Source of the DNA: an uncultured Actinomycetes bacterium
GTDB taxonomy: Bacteria; Actinomycetota; Actinomycetes; Streptosporangiales; Streptosporangiaceae
NCBI GenBank assembly: GCA_963818225.1
Contig: CAWFRO010000003.1
Span: 123,105 to 187,104 of the forward strand
DNA: 64,000 bases
Direction of reading: 5' to 3'
A program made the position numbers and the translations under genes. Of the stretch, positions 9,636 to 19,458 are shown in pieces (positions within the stretch are counted from its first letter, which is position 1; each line of letters starts with the position of its first letter). The notes below the pieces were generated by a model. That model was not told the DNA's origin. It saw nothing but the letters and a program-made list of their open reading frames with translations, and made no database searches.

Positions 9636-10082
9636 TTACCGGCCCGGCAGCCGGGTGGTGATCTCCTGGACCAGCCAGCCGTTGCCGTCGGGGTCTTCGA
9701 ACGAGACGAACGATCCGTAGCTCGCGTGGCCCGGGGCCGCTCCCGCGACCCGGTCCTGGGTTCCGGCGTGGTGGAACACCCCGGTGGTGTCGTGGAAGAC
9801 CTCGCTGACCCCGGCGCCGCGGTCGGCCAGGTCGGCCCGGGCCGCGTCGATGTCGGCGGTGACCAGGTTCAGGCCCTGGGCCGAGCCCGGCGTGGCCGAG
9901 GTGACCCCGGTGCCGAAGATGACCGAGCAGGCCGACCCCGGCGGGGTCAGCTGCACCACCCGGTAGCCGGGGACCCGGTCGAAGTCGGCGTCCAGCCGCC
10001 AGCCCAGCCCCTGGTAGAAGTCCTTGGCCTTGTCCACGTCGGAGACTGGCAGCACCACAACCTCGAGTCCGTATTCCATCAC
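9636..10082 (-). CDS. VOC/glyoxalase-family protein
   Basis: 148-aa ORF MEYGLEVVVLPVSDVDKAKDFYQGLGWRLDADF...FEDPDGNGWLVQE, typical of the glyoxalase/bleomycin-resistance fold. Confidence 0.8.
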   Translation of the reverse strand: MMEYGLEVVVLPVSDVDKAKDFYQGLGWRLDADFDRVPGYRVVQLTPPGSACSVIFGTGVTSATPGSAQGLNLVTADIDAARADLADRGAGVSEVFHDTTGVFHHAGTQDRVAGAAPGHASYGSFVSFEDPDGNGWLVQEITTRLPGR

Positions 10083-10418
10083 TCCTGCTCCTTTCTTCTC
10101 GGACCGGCGGTCTGGGGGCCAGGCCGCCGGTTACGTCCTGTTCTCCAGAGTTGTCTCTTGATGCCGTCGGCACACCGGGGTGAGGCCCTAGTCCGGTCCC
10201 TGGTATGGGTACGGGCCGGTATGGGTCACGGCCGTCCGCGTGGGCCCGCCTGCCAGCCATGGCTGCGAGCCGTCCCGGACCCGGCCCGCACCGCGGCCAG
10301 GCAGCACAAGCCCCAGACCGGGGCGGCAGACCGGGCTGTCGGCCTGGGTCCTCCTTAGGCGCCGGGCCGGGGCATGACAGTGGTTCCAGTCAGGCCCCCA
10401 ACCCAAGGAGACTTAGCA

Positions 10419-10658
10419 ATGGAAACGAGCGACAAGCCGGCAGAAATCAACCACGATCGGCGCCGTTTCCCGGGCGCTGCCGGTGCCACAGCCCTGGCCG
10501 TGGGCATCACTCAGCCCGGCATGATCGGGCCGCGAAAGCCCAGGCCAGCGCGGCCGGTCGGCCGGACTGGCCACGGCGGCCTGGCGGCAGCCAGTACCGC
10601 TTTCGGGCCGGTGAAAGCAGATCAAGGTCGGCGTGCTGCGGGCATATACCAGCAGTAA
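10419..10658 (+). pseudogene. Tat-signal-bearing ORF stub (truncated secreted protein)
   Basis: SD aaggaga 7 nt before the ATG at 10419. METSDKPAEINHDRRRFPGAAGATALAVG has a twin-arginine signal, but the ORF stops after 79 aa with no recognisable mature domain. Confidence 0.3.
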
Positions 10659-10989
10659 CCCGATAGCGGCCGTCAGTCCAGCACCGGAGAATCCTATTTG
10701 CTGATCTCTCGGGATGGGTTCCCTGTAACCCGTTAAGGCGGTATGCCCCCGTGACACGCGGCTGTTCGCGATAAGGTCGCGAAATGAACGCCCCGCGCGC
10801 CTTGAAGCCCTCAGCGCCGGAGAATGTGGGGGTTACGGGTCCTGAAGCTGAGGGGAATTTGAACTCCTGCCTCCCTCGAATTTGAAGGAGGCCCTTTACC
10901 GTCGTCTGGTGTGGCTCCGCTTATCCCTATGCCTGCTAGATACCTGATTCGAACGCTCTGATAAGTGCCATGCGACCTGAAATCGGCCG

Positions 10990-11560
10990 ATGATAGCTCC
11001 CCACGTGAGCCCGTCAGCGGTCTCGATCGTCCATTTGCGTCTAATCTCTCTGGCGGCCATTAGCTCCCGGCGGGCTCGTTCGGCGAACGCCTCGGCCCCC
11101 TCTCGGCCAGCATCTTGTACGCGACCCGGAGTTGGTCGGATACGCTCTCGCGGCGCAGCCACTCGCCGTGAAGCAGATGCCCACGGGCGAGTTCCGCCCG
11201 GGCCGTTATGAAGTACCGCAGTCGCCCAGGCGGCGGACCACGGGCCTCTGCCTCCCGGCCATAAACGCGGCGACCAGCACAGGGCCGCGGCGCCCTGCCG
11301 GGTTGCCCGTCATTCGCGCGACGGCCTTGCCTTCCCGTGCCATGGTGGCGGTTGCCGCGAGTTCGCCGGGCACTGGCCGAACGCTACGCCCTCGGACAGG
11401 GCGACCGGAAGCAAGGTCAGCGCGCCCGCTTGCCGGGCCAGCTCGATGAGCAGAGCCGAGAGTTAATCCAGCTCTCGTCGTCCCAGGCAACCTGGGACAT
11501 CCGGCACGCGGATGGCAGCCATCGCAGTGCCTCCTGCCTGCGAGCCGCATTTCCGGATTG
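10990..11560 (-). pseudogene. Decayed fragment of a LAL-type (AAA ATPase/LuxR) regulator
   Basis: Segments VAWDDESW, LIELARQAGALTLLPVALSEG, GELAATATMAREGKAVARMTGNP, ARAELARGHLLHGEWLRRE and AEAFAERARRELMAA align to the two intact paralogs. There is an in-frame TAA (complement of 11463-11465) where the paralog has Glu, plus frameshifts, an internal deletion of about 130 aa, and loss of the LuxR HTH. Confidence 0.65.
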
Positions 11561-12034
11561 AGGATGGAATGGATGGCGCTCGCTCAGGTCCTTGGGATTC
11601 GTCAGGGCGCGCGGTGCCAGCCGACGCTGCGCTGTCGACTGGCGGCTGGCAATACACGGCCGTGACCTCCGGGGGCCCTGCGCCGATTTAGCCCCGTATC
11701 TCCAGCGTCATCCGTAGCGTGAACGAGCCTCAATCTGGGGCGGTGCGTGCGGATAAGAGCAGAACGCGTCCTGCGCCGCGAGGCGAGATCCCCGGCACCC
11801 ACGGGCGGATCCTGGACCGGGGTACTGGCCAGGCACTTCCACTGGTGCCTTGGGCTTCGCTGAGGGTGTTCCATGGATCGCAGGGCCCACCTGCCAGGGA
11901 CATGGGACACGTTCCTACCTGGCGCCCGGGTAAGAACCCTGGGTCGCTGCGGCGAAAGCCGACTGATCGGGCGCACGGTCGTGCCGCGACCGATCATTGC
12001 TGCGTGCCCCGGCGATCAGAACAGGAGCAGTTTG

Positions 12035-12451
12035 ATGAACGACATCAATGACGACCGGGCAGCCTTGTTCGCCAATCTGGAGAGCGCCGAGACGCAGCCC
12101 AAGTTCTGGGATCAAGTCGCTGACGACGTCGACTGGACCGTCGAGGGTACACACGCCCTGTGCGGTCGGTATCGCTCGAAGGCAGACTTCATCGCCGCCA
12201 CCTTCGACCGCCTTCACGGCGTCCTGGTCGGAGGGGCGATGCTGAAGGTCCAGCACATCTACGTGGACGGTGATACGACGATCGCCGAGCTGCGGTCCTC
12301 CTCCAAGACCAGCGAAGGCGCAATATTCGCCAATAACTACTGCTGGGTGTGCCGCTTCGACGGCGACATGATCGTCGAGGTGCGGGCCTACCTCGACTCA
12401 GCCATGGTCGACTACACCATCCACCGCAACGAGAACCTCGCGTGGCAGTAA
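12035..12451 (+). CDS. SnoaL-like/NTF2-fold protein
   Basis: ATG at 12035 after aggag. MNDINDDRAALFANLESAETQPKFWDQVADDVDWTVEG...NNYCWVCRFDGDMIVEVRAYLDSAMV is typical of ketosteroid-isomerase-like proteins. Confidence 0.7.
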   Translation: MNDINDDRAALFANLESAETQPKFWDQVADDVDWTVEGTHALCGRYRSKADFIAATFDRLHGVLVGGAMLKVQHIYVDGDTTIAELRSSSKTSEGAIFANNYCWVCRFDGDMIVEVRAYLDSAMVDYTIHRNENLAWQ

Positions 12452-12547
12452 CCGGCACAGATAAGTTCGGGCTTCATTACGCCTACAGCACACCGTACGA
12501 CTGAACCACACGTGAGATGGACCGCTCGGAAGTGCCGTCGGCGCGGA

Positions 12548-15413
12548 TTATGCGGGTGGCGCGGCCTCGGTGAGGGCGGTCAGTTCGCGGGAGACGTCGC
12601 TGGCCTCGGCGGCGCCAATCCGCTGGAAGATTTCCAGGGCCTGCCGCAGGAGGGCCGCGGCCTGGGTGGCGTGGTCGGCGGCCAAGGCGCAGCGGCCTAG
12701 GCCAGCCAGGGCGTGCGCCTCGTTCCAGTAGCTGCCGATGGTGCGGGCCAGGTCCAGGGCCTGCCGATGGCACCCCTCAGCGTGCGCGAGGTCACCGCTG
12801 ACCCGGTGCAGGATCCCTGTCTCGTTGAGTGCCTCGGCCTCGCCACTTCCCCGCTCGCCGAGGTCGTGGTAGAGGCCCAGGGCCTGCTCGAGGGCGTGGG
12901 CAGCGGCTGGGTAGTCACCTGTCGCACGCTGCACGATCCCCAGGTAGAGGAGGGCGTTGGCCTGGCCGAGCCGGTCGCCGAGGTCGCGGGAGAGCCCCAG
13001 CGCCTGGTTCAGGATCTGGGCCGCGGCCGGGTAGTCACCCGTTAGATACCGCACGTTTCCCAGGTAGAGGAGGGCGTTGGCCTGGCCGAGCCGGTCGCCG
13101 AGGTCATGGGAGAGGGCCAGCGCCTGCTCCAAGTCCTGGGCCGCGGCCGGGTAGTCACCCGTCGCCCGTCGCAGGGCCCCGAGCTCGCGTAGGGCTCGGC
13201 CTGGCCGCGCCGGTCGCCGAGATCGCGGCAGATGCCCAGCGCCTGGTCCAGGATCTGGGCCGCGGCTGGGTAGTCACCCGTCAGATACCGCACGTTCCCC
13301 AGGTAGTGGAGGGCCCAGGCCTGGCCGAGGCCGGTCGCCGAGGTCGCGGTAGAGGGCGAGCGCCTGCTCCAAGTCCTGGGCCGCGGCCGGGTAGTCACCC
13401 GTCGCCCGTCGCAGGGCCCCGAGCTCGCGTAGGGCCCAGGCATGGCCGCGCTGATCGCCGAGATCGCGGCAGATGCCCAGTGCCTGCTCCAGGGCCCGGG
13501 CCGCGGCCGGGTAATCCCCCGTCGCCCGCCGCACGGCCCCCAGGTAGTACAGGGTGTTGGCCTGGCCGAGCCGGTCGCCGAGGTCGTGATAGAGGCCTAG
13601 CGCCTGCTCCATGTCCTGGGCCGCGGCAGGGTAATCCCCCGTCATCCACCGCACGTTCCCACGGTAACGGAGGGCGTTGGCCTGCCCGAGCCGGTCGCCG
13701 AGGTCGCGGTAGAGGCCTAGCGCCTGCTCCATGTCCTGGGCCGCCGCCTGGTAATCCGAGGTCATCCGCACCACATCCCCCAGGTCATGGAGGGCGTTGG
13801 CTTGGCCGAGCCGGTCGCCGAGTTGCCGTGCGGCCCCGATCGCGGCTTCGTGGCGGGTGATGGCCTCGGCCCAGGGGCCGTCGAGCTTCAGCAGCCCGGC
13901 TAGGCCGACGGTCAGGGCGATGACCCGGGCGTGCTGGCCGGTTGCGGCGGCGTGATCCAGGCAGGCGAGCAGGCTGGCCCGCTCGGCACGGGCCCAGGCC
14001 AGCGCCTGCTCGCTATCTGCCAGGCCGGGAATCGCGGCCGGCCTCGCGCGATCCGCTGCGGCCGGGCCGGGGCGGGTGTGGCGGGCGATGAGGGCCTCGG
14101 CGCGGGCGGCGGCGTGCTGGTAGTAATCCAGCAGCCGGGCAGTGGCCCGGTCTCGGTCCCGGTCCGGGTCAAGGCGGTCGGCCAGGGCGCGGGCGTGCTC
14201 GCGGATCAGGTCGTGCATCCGGTACCGCCCGGGGGCGGGCTCGGTCAGCAGGTACTGGTCGTACAGTGCCTCCAGGCCACGGCGGGCGGCGGCCAGGGGA
14301 GTGCCGTCCAGGGCGGCGGCGGCGTACTCGTCGGCGTCGATGCCCGGGTGCAGGCTTAGCCGGCGGAACAGCCGCTGCTGGTCCGCGCTGAGGTCTTCGT
14401 AGGACAGGTTGAACGCCGCGGCGACCGACAGGTTCTCGGTCGCCATCAGCTCCAGCCGGGCCGCCGTCGCGGCCAGGTCAGCGGCCCGCCCGGCCGCGGT
14501 CCAGGCCGGGTGGTGCTGCAGCTGGCGGGCCAGCATCCCGATCGCCAGCGGCAGGTACCCGCACAGCCGGGTGATCTCGGCCACCCCCGGATCGGCCGCG
14601 CCGAGCCCTGGGCGGCCCGCCAGCCGGACCAGCAGCGCGGCAGCCTGGTCGGCTGGCAACGTGTCCAGGCTGATCACGGTCGCGTCGTCCAGTGCGGACA
14701 GGTGCCGGCGGCTGGTGACCAGCACCAGGCTGCTCCCGGTGCCGGGCAGCAGCGGCAGCACCTGCTCGCTGCCTACTGCGTCATCGAGGATCAGCAGCAG
14801 CTGCTGCCCGGCCAGCCTGTCGTGCCACAGGGCCATCCGCGCTTCCAGACCCGGCGGGATCTGGGCCGGGGCCACCCCGGCGGTCAGCAGCAAGCTGGCC
14901 AGCGCATCCTCGGGATCCACCGGCTGCTGGCCCGGGGTGTGCCCGTGCAGCGGCAAGAAGATCTGCCCGCCCGGGAACCGGGCCGCCAGCCGGTGCGCCG
15001 CGTGCACCGCGAACGCCGTCTTGCCGACCCCGGCCATCCCGCCGATCGCGTGGATGCCCACCACCCCGCCCGCCCCCGCCGCGGCCTCCGCTAGCTGCTC
15101 CAGCTCCTGTGCCCGCCCGGTGAACGAGGCGATATCCCGCGGCAACGCCCGCGTCGCCGCCGCCACCCCGCCCGGCGCCGCGGGGCCCCGGGCGGCCGCC
15201 TCGAACCCGGCCCGGACCTGGCTGACCAGGCCCAGCGCATCGGCCAGCAGCCGCACCGTCTCCCTCTGCGGGGTGCTCACCACTCCCCGCTCCAGGTACC
15301 TGACGGCGCGCACACTCAGACCCGCCGCCTCAGCCAGCTCTTCCTGCGTTAGCCGCGGCCTCCCGGCGCAGCCCCCGCAGCAGGCTGCCGAACCCGGCCG
15401 GCGGTTCAGCCAC
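12548..15413 (-). pseudogene. XRE-HTH / NB-ARC / TPR STAND NTPase, three frameshifts as sequenced
   Basis: GTG at 15413 gives VAEPPAGFGSLLRGLRREAA, which shifts near 15355 into LTQEELAEAAGLSVRAVRYLERG. Walker A is GGMAGVGKT and Walker B is LLILDD. About ten 40-aa TPR units follow. There is an extra g near 13329 and a missing base near 13196 (compensating), so one repeat unit is out of frame and the main frame stops at 13274. Confidence 0.8.
12880..13840. repeat. Coding tandem repeat, 120-bp unit (40-aa TPR), about 8 near-identical copies with a 240-bp higher-order duplication
   Basis: The unit ...cctggccgagccggtcgccgaggtcgcgg...gggtagtcacccgt... recurs every 120 nt. 13141-13200 nearly equals 13381-13440. 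Confidence 0.85.
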
Positions 15414-15557
15414 AGCCCCACCTCCCGGCGCTGGCGGCTAATAGCAGCATTCTCCCAGTAACCGCGCCGCCGCCACCACCCGGCCAACACGGCCCAGCCC
15501 GGGCCGGAGCCCGGCGCGGCTGACGCCGCCGACAACTGGCCGCTCTTGCAGAGGTCG

Positions 15558-16093
15558 GGCCACCCGCATGGCCCGGGCCATCGGCACTTCCAGGCGTCGG
15601 TTCTTGCGGGTGGTTTTCCATGTGCAACAAGCGGAAATATTGCTTGGCTTGAAGCAAGCCACCCAACAGAACAGACCCTGAAGGCCCAAACTCGTGGCCA
15701 CAGCTCGGCGTATCACCGCAGTTGTGTCCGTTCGGTCAAAAGACCTTATTAGCCCGAACGGTCCGTGGTTTCAGCCCAGCACAGCCCCTCGCTCCGCGGC
15801 GCAACCGTGTAAGGAGGTCGAGGCGCCCAACCACAGAGGGGCGCTGTACCGGGTCTTACCGGGCCGGCCACCCGCATAGCCCAGGCCATCGGCAATCCCG
15901 TCTGCCGGTTCTTGCAGGTGGTTTTTCATGTTCGGCAGCCGGCAATGTTGCTTTGCTTGAAGCAACCAACCAAGCAGAACAGACCGGAAAACCCAACTCG
16001 TGGCTACAGCCCGGCGTGTCACCATGGTCCGTTTGGTCAAAGTTTCTATCAGCCCGAACGGCCCGTGGTTTCAGCCCGGCGCAGCTGCCTCGC
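15558..16093. repeat. Two tandem copies (period 308 bp) of an approximately 230-bp non-coding element in the STAND/LAL divergent intergenic region
   Basis: Copy A is 15558-15792 and copy B is 15866-16093, both starting ggccacccgcat. Roughly three quarters of positions are identical by eye. Both copies keep two hairpins: TTGCTT-6nt-AAGCAA (15640-15657, 15947-15966) and CCGTTCGG/CCGAACGG (15728-15761, 16029-16061). Confidence 0.7.
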
Positions 16094-16104
16094 CCAGTTG
16101 ACCG

Positions 16105-19044
16105 ATGATCGCCGCTGGCTCGCCATACAGAATCGGCGGCACCGCAATCACTATGGAGAACGGAGATGACTCCGTGGCGCTGGCCAGCATGACCGAGCTG
16201 CAGCTGAAGCCGGTCCACGACTCCGGCGGCTTGCCGACGTTGCCGCGGCTCGGTCGGGCAGCCGATCTGACCGGCCGACGCGGCGAATGCGGCACGCTCG
16301 ACCGGCTCATCGCTGCTGTCCGGGCCGGTTCGAGCCGGGCTCTGATGGTGCGCGGTGATCCAGGTGTGGGCAAGACGGCACTGCTGGATTACCTGGCCGG
16401 GCAGGCTCAAGGCTGCCGGGTGGTGCGGACGGCGGGTGTGCAGTCGGAGATGGAACTCGCGTTCTCCGGGTTGCATCAGTTGCTGGCGCCGATGCTGGAC
16501 CGGTTGGAGCATCTGCCGGTGCCGCAGCGTGAGGCGTTGCGGACTGCGTTCGGTCTCAGCGCGGGCCCGGCGCCGGACCGTTTCCTGGTGGCGTTGGCGG
16601 TACTGAGCCTGCTGTCGGAGATGGCCGGGGAACGGCCGCTGGTCTGCGTGATCGATGACGAGCAGTGGCTGGATCATGCTTCGGCGCAGGCGCTGGGGTT
16701 TGCGGCGCGGCGGCTGGCGGCCGATCCGGTCGGACTGGTGTTCGCGGCGCGGGTACCGGCTGAGGAGCTGGCAGGATTGCCGGAGCTGACGGTCGAGGGC
16801 CTCGCGGAGGGCGATGCTCGGGCGCTGCTGGACTCGGCGCTGGCCGGGCCGCTCGACACCCGGGTCCGGGACCAGGTCATCGCCGAGGCGGGCGGTAATC
16901 CGCTGGCGTTGCTGGAGCTGCCGCGGGGGATGACGCCCGCTGAGCTGGCGGGTGGGTTCGGGCTGCCTGGCGCCGGGTCGCTGACGGGCCGGATCGAGGA
17001 CAGTTTCCGGCGGCGGCTAGACGCCCTGCCAGACCAGACCCGGCGGCTGCTGCTGCTGGCGGCGGCCGATCCGTCGGGTGACTCGGCGCTGGTGTGGCGG
17101 GCGGCGGGGCATCTGGGGCTCCCGGTTCAGGCGACGATGCCGGCGGCGGAGGCGGGCCTGGCGGAGTTCGGCGCGCGGGTCCGGTTCCGGCATCCGTTGG
17201 TGCGCTCCGTCGCCTACCGGTCGGCGTCGTTCACCGAACGGCAGCAGGTGCACGGGGCGCTGGCAGCGGTGACCGACCCGGCGGCCGATCCGGATCGGCG
17301 GGCCTGGCACCGGGCGCAGGCGGCCGCCGGGCCGGATGAGGAGGTCGCGGCGGAGCTGGAGCGCTCAGCGGCCCGGGCGCAGGCCCGCGGCGGGCTGGCC
17401 GCGGCCGCGGCGTTCCTGGAGCGCGCGGTGCGGCTGACCGCCGATCCGGCGCACCACGTAGAACGCACGCTGGCCGCGGCGCAGGCCAGCGTGCAGGCCG
17501 GCGCGTTCGACCAGGCCCTCGGGCTGCTGGTCATGGCGGAGGCCTGGCCGCTGGATGAACTCGCCAGCGCCCGGGTGGATCTGCTGCGCGCGCAGATCGC
17601 GTTCGCCTCGGGCGCGGGCCGTGATGCCCCCCTGCTGCTGCTCACGGCGGCCAGGCGCCTGGAGCCACTCAACCTAAGCATGGCCCGCGAGGCCTATCTC
17701 GAAGCCTGGGCTGCGGCGCATTTCGCCGGGCCTCTAGAGGCTGGCGATCTGGCGGAGACCTCCCGCGCTGCCCGGGCCCTGCCCCGATCGCCGCACCCGG
17801 GTCCGGTGGAACTGCTACTGGACGGCCTGGCGCTGCAGATCACCGACGGACTGCCCGCCGCGGCCCCGACGTTGCGGCAGGCAGCGAGTGCCTTCGCCAG
17901 CGACGGCGTCTCCGCCGACGATGGACTCCGGTGGGGCTGGCTGGCCACGATGGCGGCCCACCTCCTATGGGACCACGACGGCATGCGCGCGATCAGCGCC
18001 CGGCAGCTCCAGCTCGCCCGTAACGCGGGCGCCCTGGAGCATCTGCCGATCTACCTGGAAGAGGCGGGCGCAATCGCCGCCCTGAGCGGCGACTTCGGGG
18101 TGGCCGCTTCTCTGACCGCGGAGGCTAGCGCGGTCCGCGAGGCGACCGGGTCCGGCTTCCCGTCTTACGCCGCCTTTCTGCTCGCTTGTCTGCAAGGCCG
18201 CCAGGCCGAGGCCATCCCGCTGATCGAACCAACGGTCAATGAGGCCGAAGCCCGAGGCCAGGGGCGGGCGGCGACCGCCGCGCGCTGGAAGGTCGCCATT
18301 CTCTACAACGGCCTCGGCCGCTACGAGGAGGCACGGGAGGCGGCCTGGCATGCCGCCAGCGACCCATCCGGGCTTTATGTCTCCATGTGGGCGCTGCCCG
18401 AGCTGATCGAGGCCGCCGCACGCAGCGGAAATATGCCCATTGCGGATGATGCCGTGGAACGGCTGGCAGAGACGACCCGGGTTAGCTGCACGGACTTCGG
18501 GCTGGGGATCGTGGCGCGTTCACGCGCGCTGCTGGCCGGGGACCAGACCGCCGATGGCTTGTACCTGGAGTCGATAGACCGGCTGGGCCGCACCCAGCTC
18601 CGCCCCGAGCTGGCCCGCGCTCACCTGCTCTACGGCGAATGGCTACGCCGCCAGGGCCGTCGCTCGCAGGCCCGGGAGCAGCTGCGCATCGCCCACGCCA
18701 TGCTGGACGAGATAGGGATGGAAGGATTTGCCGAACGGGCCCGCCGGGAGCTGCTAGCCACCGGGGAAACCGCCCGCCAGCGCACCGTCAAGGCCCCCAT
18801 CGAGGCCAGCGAGGCACTGACCGCCCAGGAAGCGCAGGTCGCGCAGCTGGCTCGCAACGGCCTGTCCAACCCCGAGATCGGCGCCCGGCTGTTCATCAGC
18901 TCCCGCACCGTCCAGTACCACCTGGGTAAGGTCTTCACCAAGCTTGGCATCAGCTCCCGCAGTCAGCTCGACCGCGTCCTGCCCGGCAACCTGGACGCGC
19001 CCGGCCACGCTGGCGTGGCTGGCGATGGCCCGGCTCGAGGTTGA
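16105..19044 (+). CDS. LAL-type regulator: N-terminal AAA ATPase, helical/TPR-like middle, C-terminal LuxR HTH
   Basis: 979-aa ORF. Walker A is GDPGVGKTALL and Walker B is VCVIDDEQWLD. C-terminus is LTAQEAQVAQLARNGLSNPEIGARLFISSRTVQYHLGKVFTKLGISSRSQL. An alternative start is the ATG at 16153. Confidence 0.9.
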   Translation: MIAAGSPYRIGGTAITMENGDDSVALASMTELQLKPVHDSGGLPTLPRLGRAADLTGRRGECGTLDRLIAAVRAGSSRALMVRGDPGVGKTALLDYLAGQAQGCRVVRTAGVQSEMELAFSGLHQLLAPMLDRLEHLPVPQREALRTAFGLSAGPAPDRFLVALAVLSLLSEMAGERPLVCVIDDEQWLDHASAQALGFAARRLAADPVGLVFAARVPAEELAGLPELTVEGLAEGDARALLDSALAGPLDTRVRDQVIAEAGGNPLALLELPRGMTPAELAGGFGLPGAGSLTGRIEDSFRRRLDALPDQTRRLLLLAAADPSGDSALVWRAAGHLGLPVQATMPAAEAGLAEFGARVRFRHPLVRSVAYRSASFTERQQVHGALAAVTDPAADPDRRAWHRAQAAAGPDEEVAAELERSAARAQARGGLAAAAAFLERAVRLTADPAHHVERTLAAAQASVQAGAFDQALGLLVMAEAWPLDELASARVDLLRAQIAFASGAGRDAPLLLLTAARRLEPLNLSMAREAYLEAWAAAHFAGPLEAGDLAETSRAARALPRSPHPGPVELLLDGLALQITDGLPAAAPTLRQAASAFASDGVSADDGLRWGWLATMAAHLLWDHDGMRAISARQLQLARNAGALEHLPIYLEEAGAIAALSGDFGVAASLTAEASAVREATGSGFPSYAAFLLACLQGRQAEAIPLIEPTVNEAEARGQGRAATAARWKVAILYNGLGRYEEAREAAWHAASDPSGLYVSMWALPELIEAAARSGNMPIADDAVERLAETTRVSCTDFGLGIVARSRALLAGDQTADGLYLESIDRLGRTQLRPELARAHLLYGEWLRRQGRRSQAREQLRIAHAMLDEIGMEGFAERARRELLATGETARQRTVKAPIEASEALTAQEAQVAQLARNGLSNPEIGARLFISSRTVQYHLGKVFTKLGISSRSQLDRVLPGNLDAPGHAGVAGDGPARG

Positions 19045-19274
19045 CATCAATGCCTCCGGGAGAAGTATGGCTTCGAGCGTCGAGCATCTGACCGCAGGCC
19101 CACGCGGGTGGTCAGTCGGCTCGCACCTTCGGCTTTGGTAACGATCGCGCCCGGCTATGTCTACTCAGGAGTTGCACATGAGGTAGGCAAGCACAATGGC
19201 TTGTATGGAAGCAGTTTGTTAAAGCTTTGCTGTTCCTCTGCCTGGTCTACCCGGTTAGCGGCGGCGCGCCACCG

Positions 19275-19292
19275 GCCGGGGCAGTCCCCGGC
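19275..19292. terminator. GC hairpin between the convergent LAL genes (possible bidirectional terminator)
   Basis: GCCGGGG-cagt-CCCCGGC, a 7-bp stem with no U-tract. Confidence 0.2.
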
Positions 19293-19458
19293 TAGGGCGT
19301 AGGGCTCTCGTGTGGCCTGTCCGGGGCGGCAAGGTGGCGTGCCAACCGGCGCTGGTACACCACCTCGGCGGCCAGCGTCAGCGCCCAGCTGGGGGATGCC
19401 CCGGTAGCAGCCAGGCCGGGCCACCGCCGGTGCCAGCAGCTCCTTCACGTCATCCGCC

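Noticed and set aside
12880-13840. Regular 120-bp repeats that might suggest a CRISPR-like array
   Set aside because: The repeats are contiguous with no spacers, lie inside an ORF, and translate to TPR units. No cas genes are present.
19160-19260. Tiny ORF MACMEAVC and other mini-ORFs in the AT-richer spacer between the convergent LAL genes
   Set aside because: It is 8 codons long, with no SD and no supporting context. It is indistinguishable from chance.
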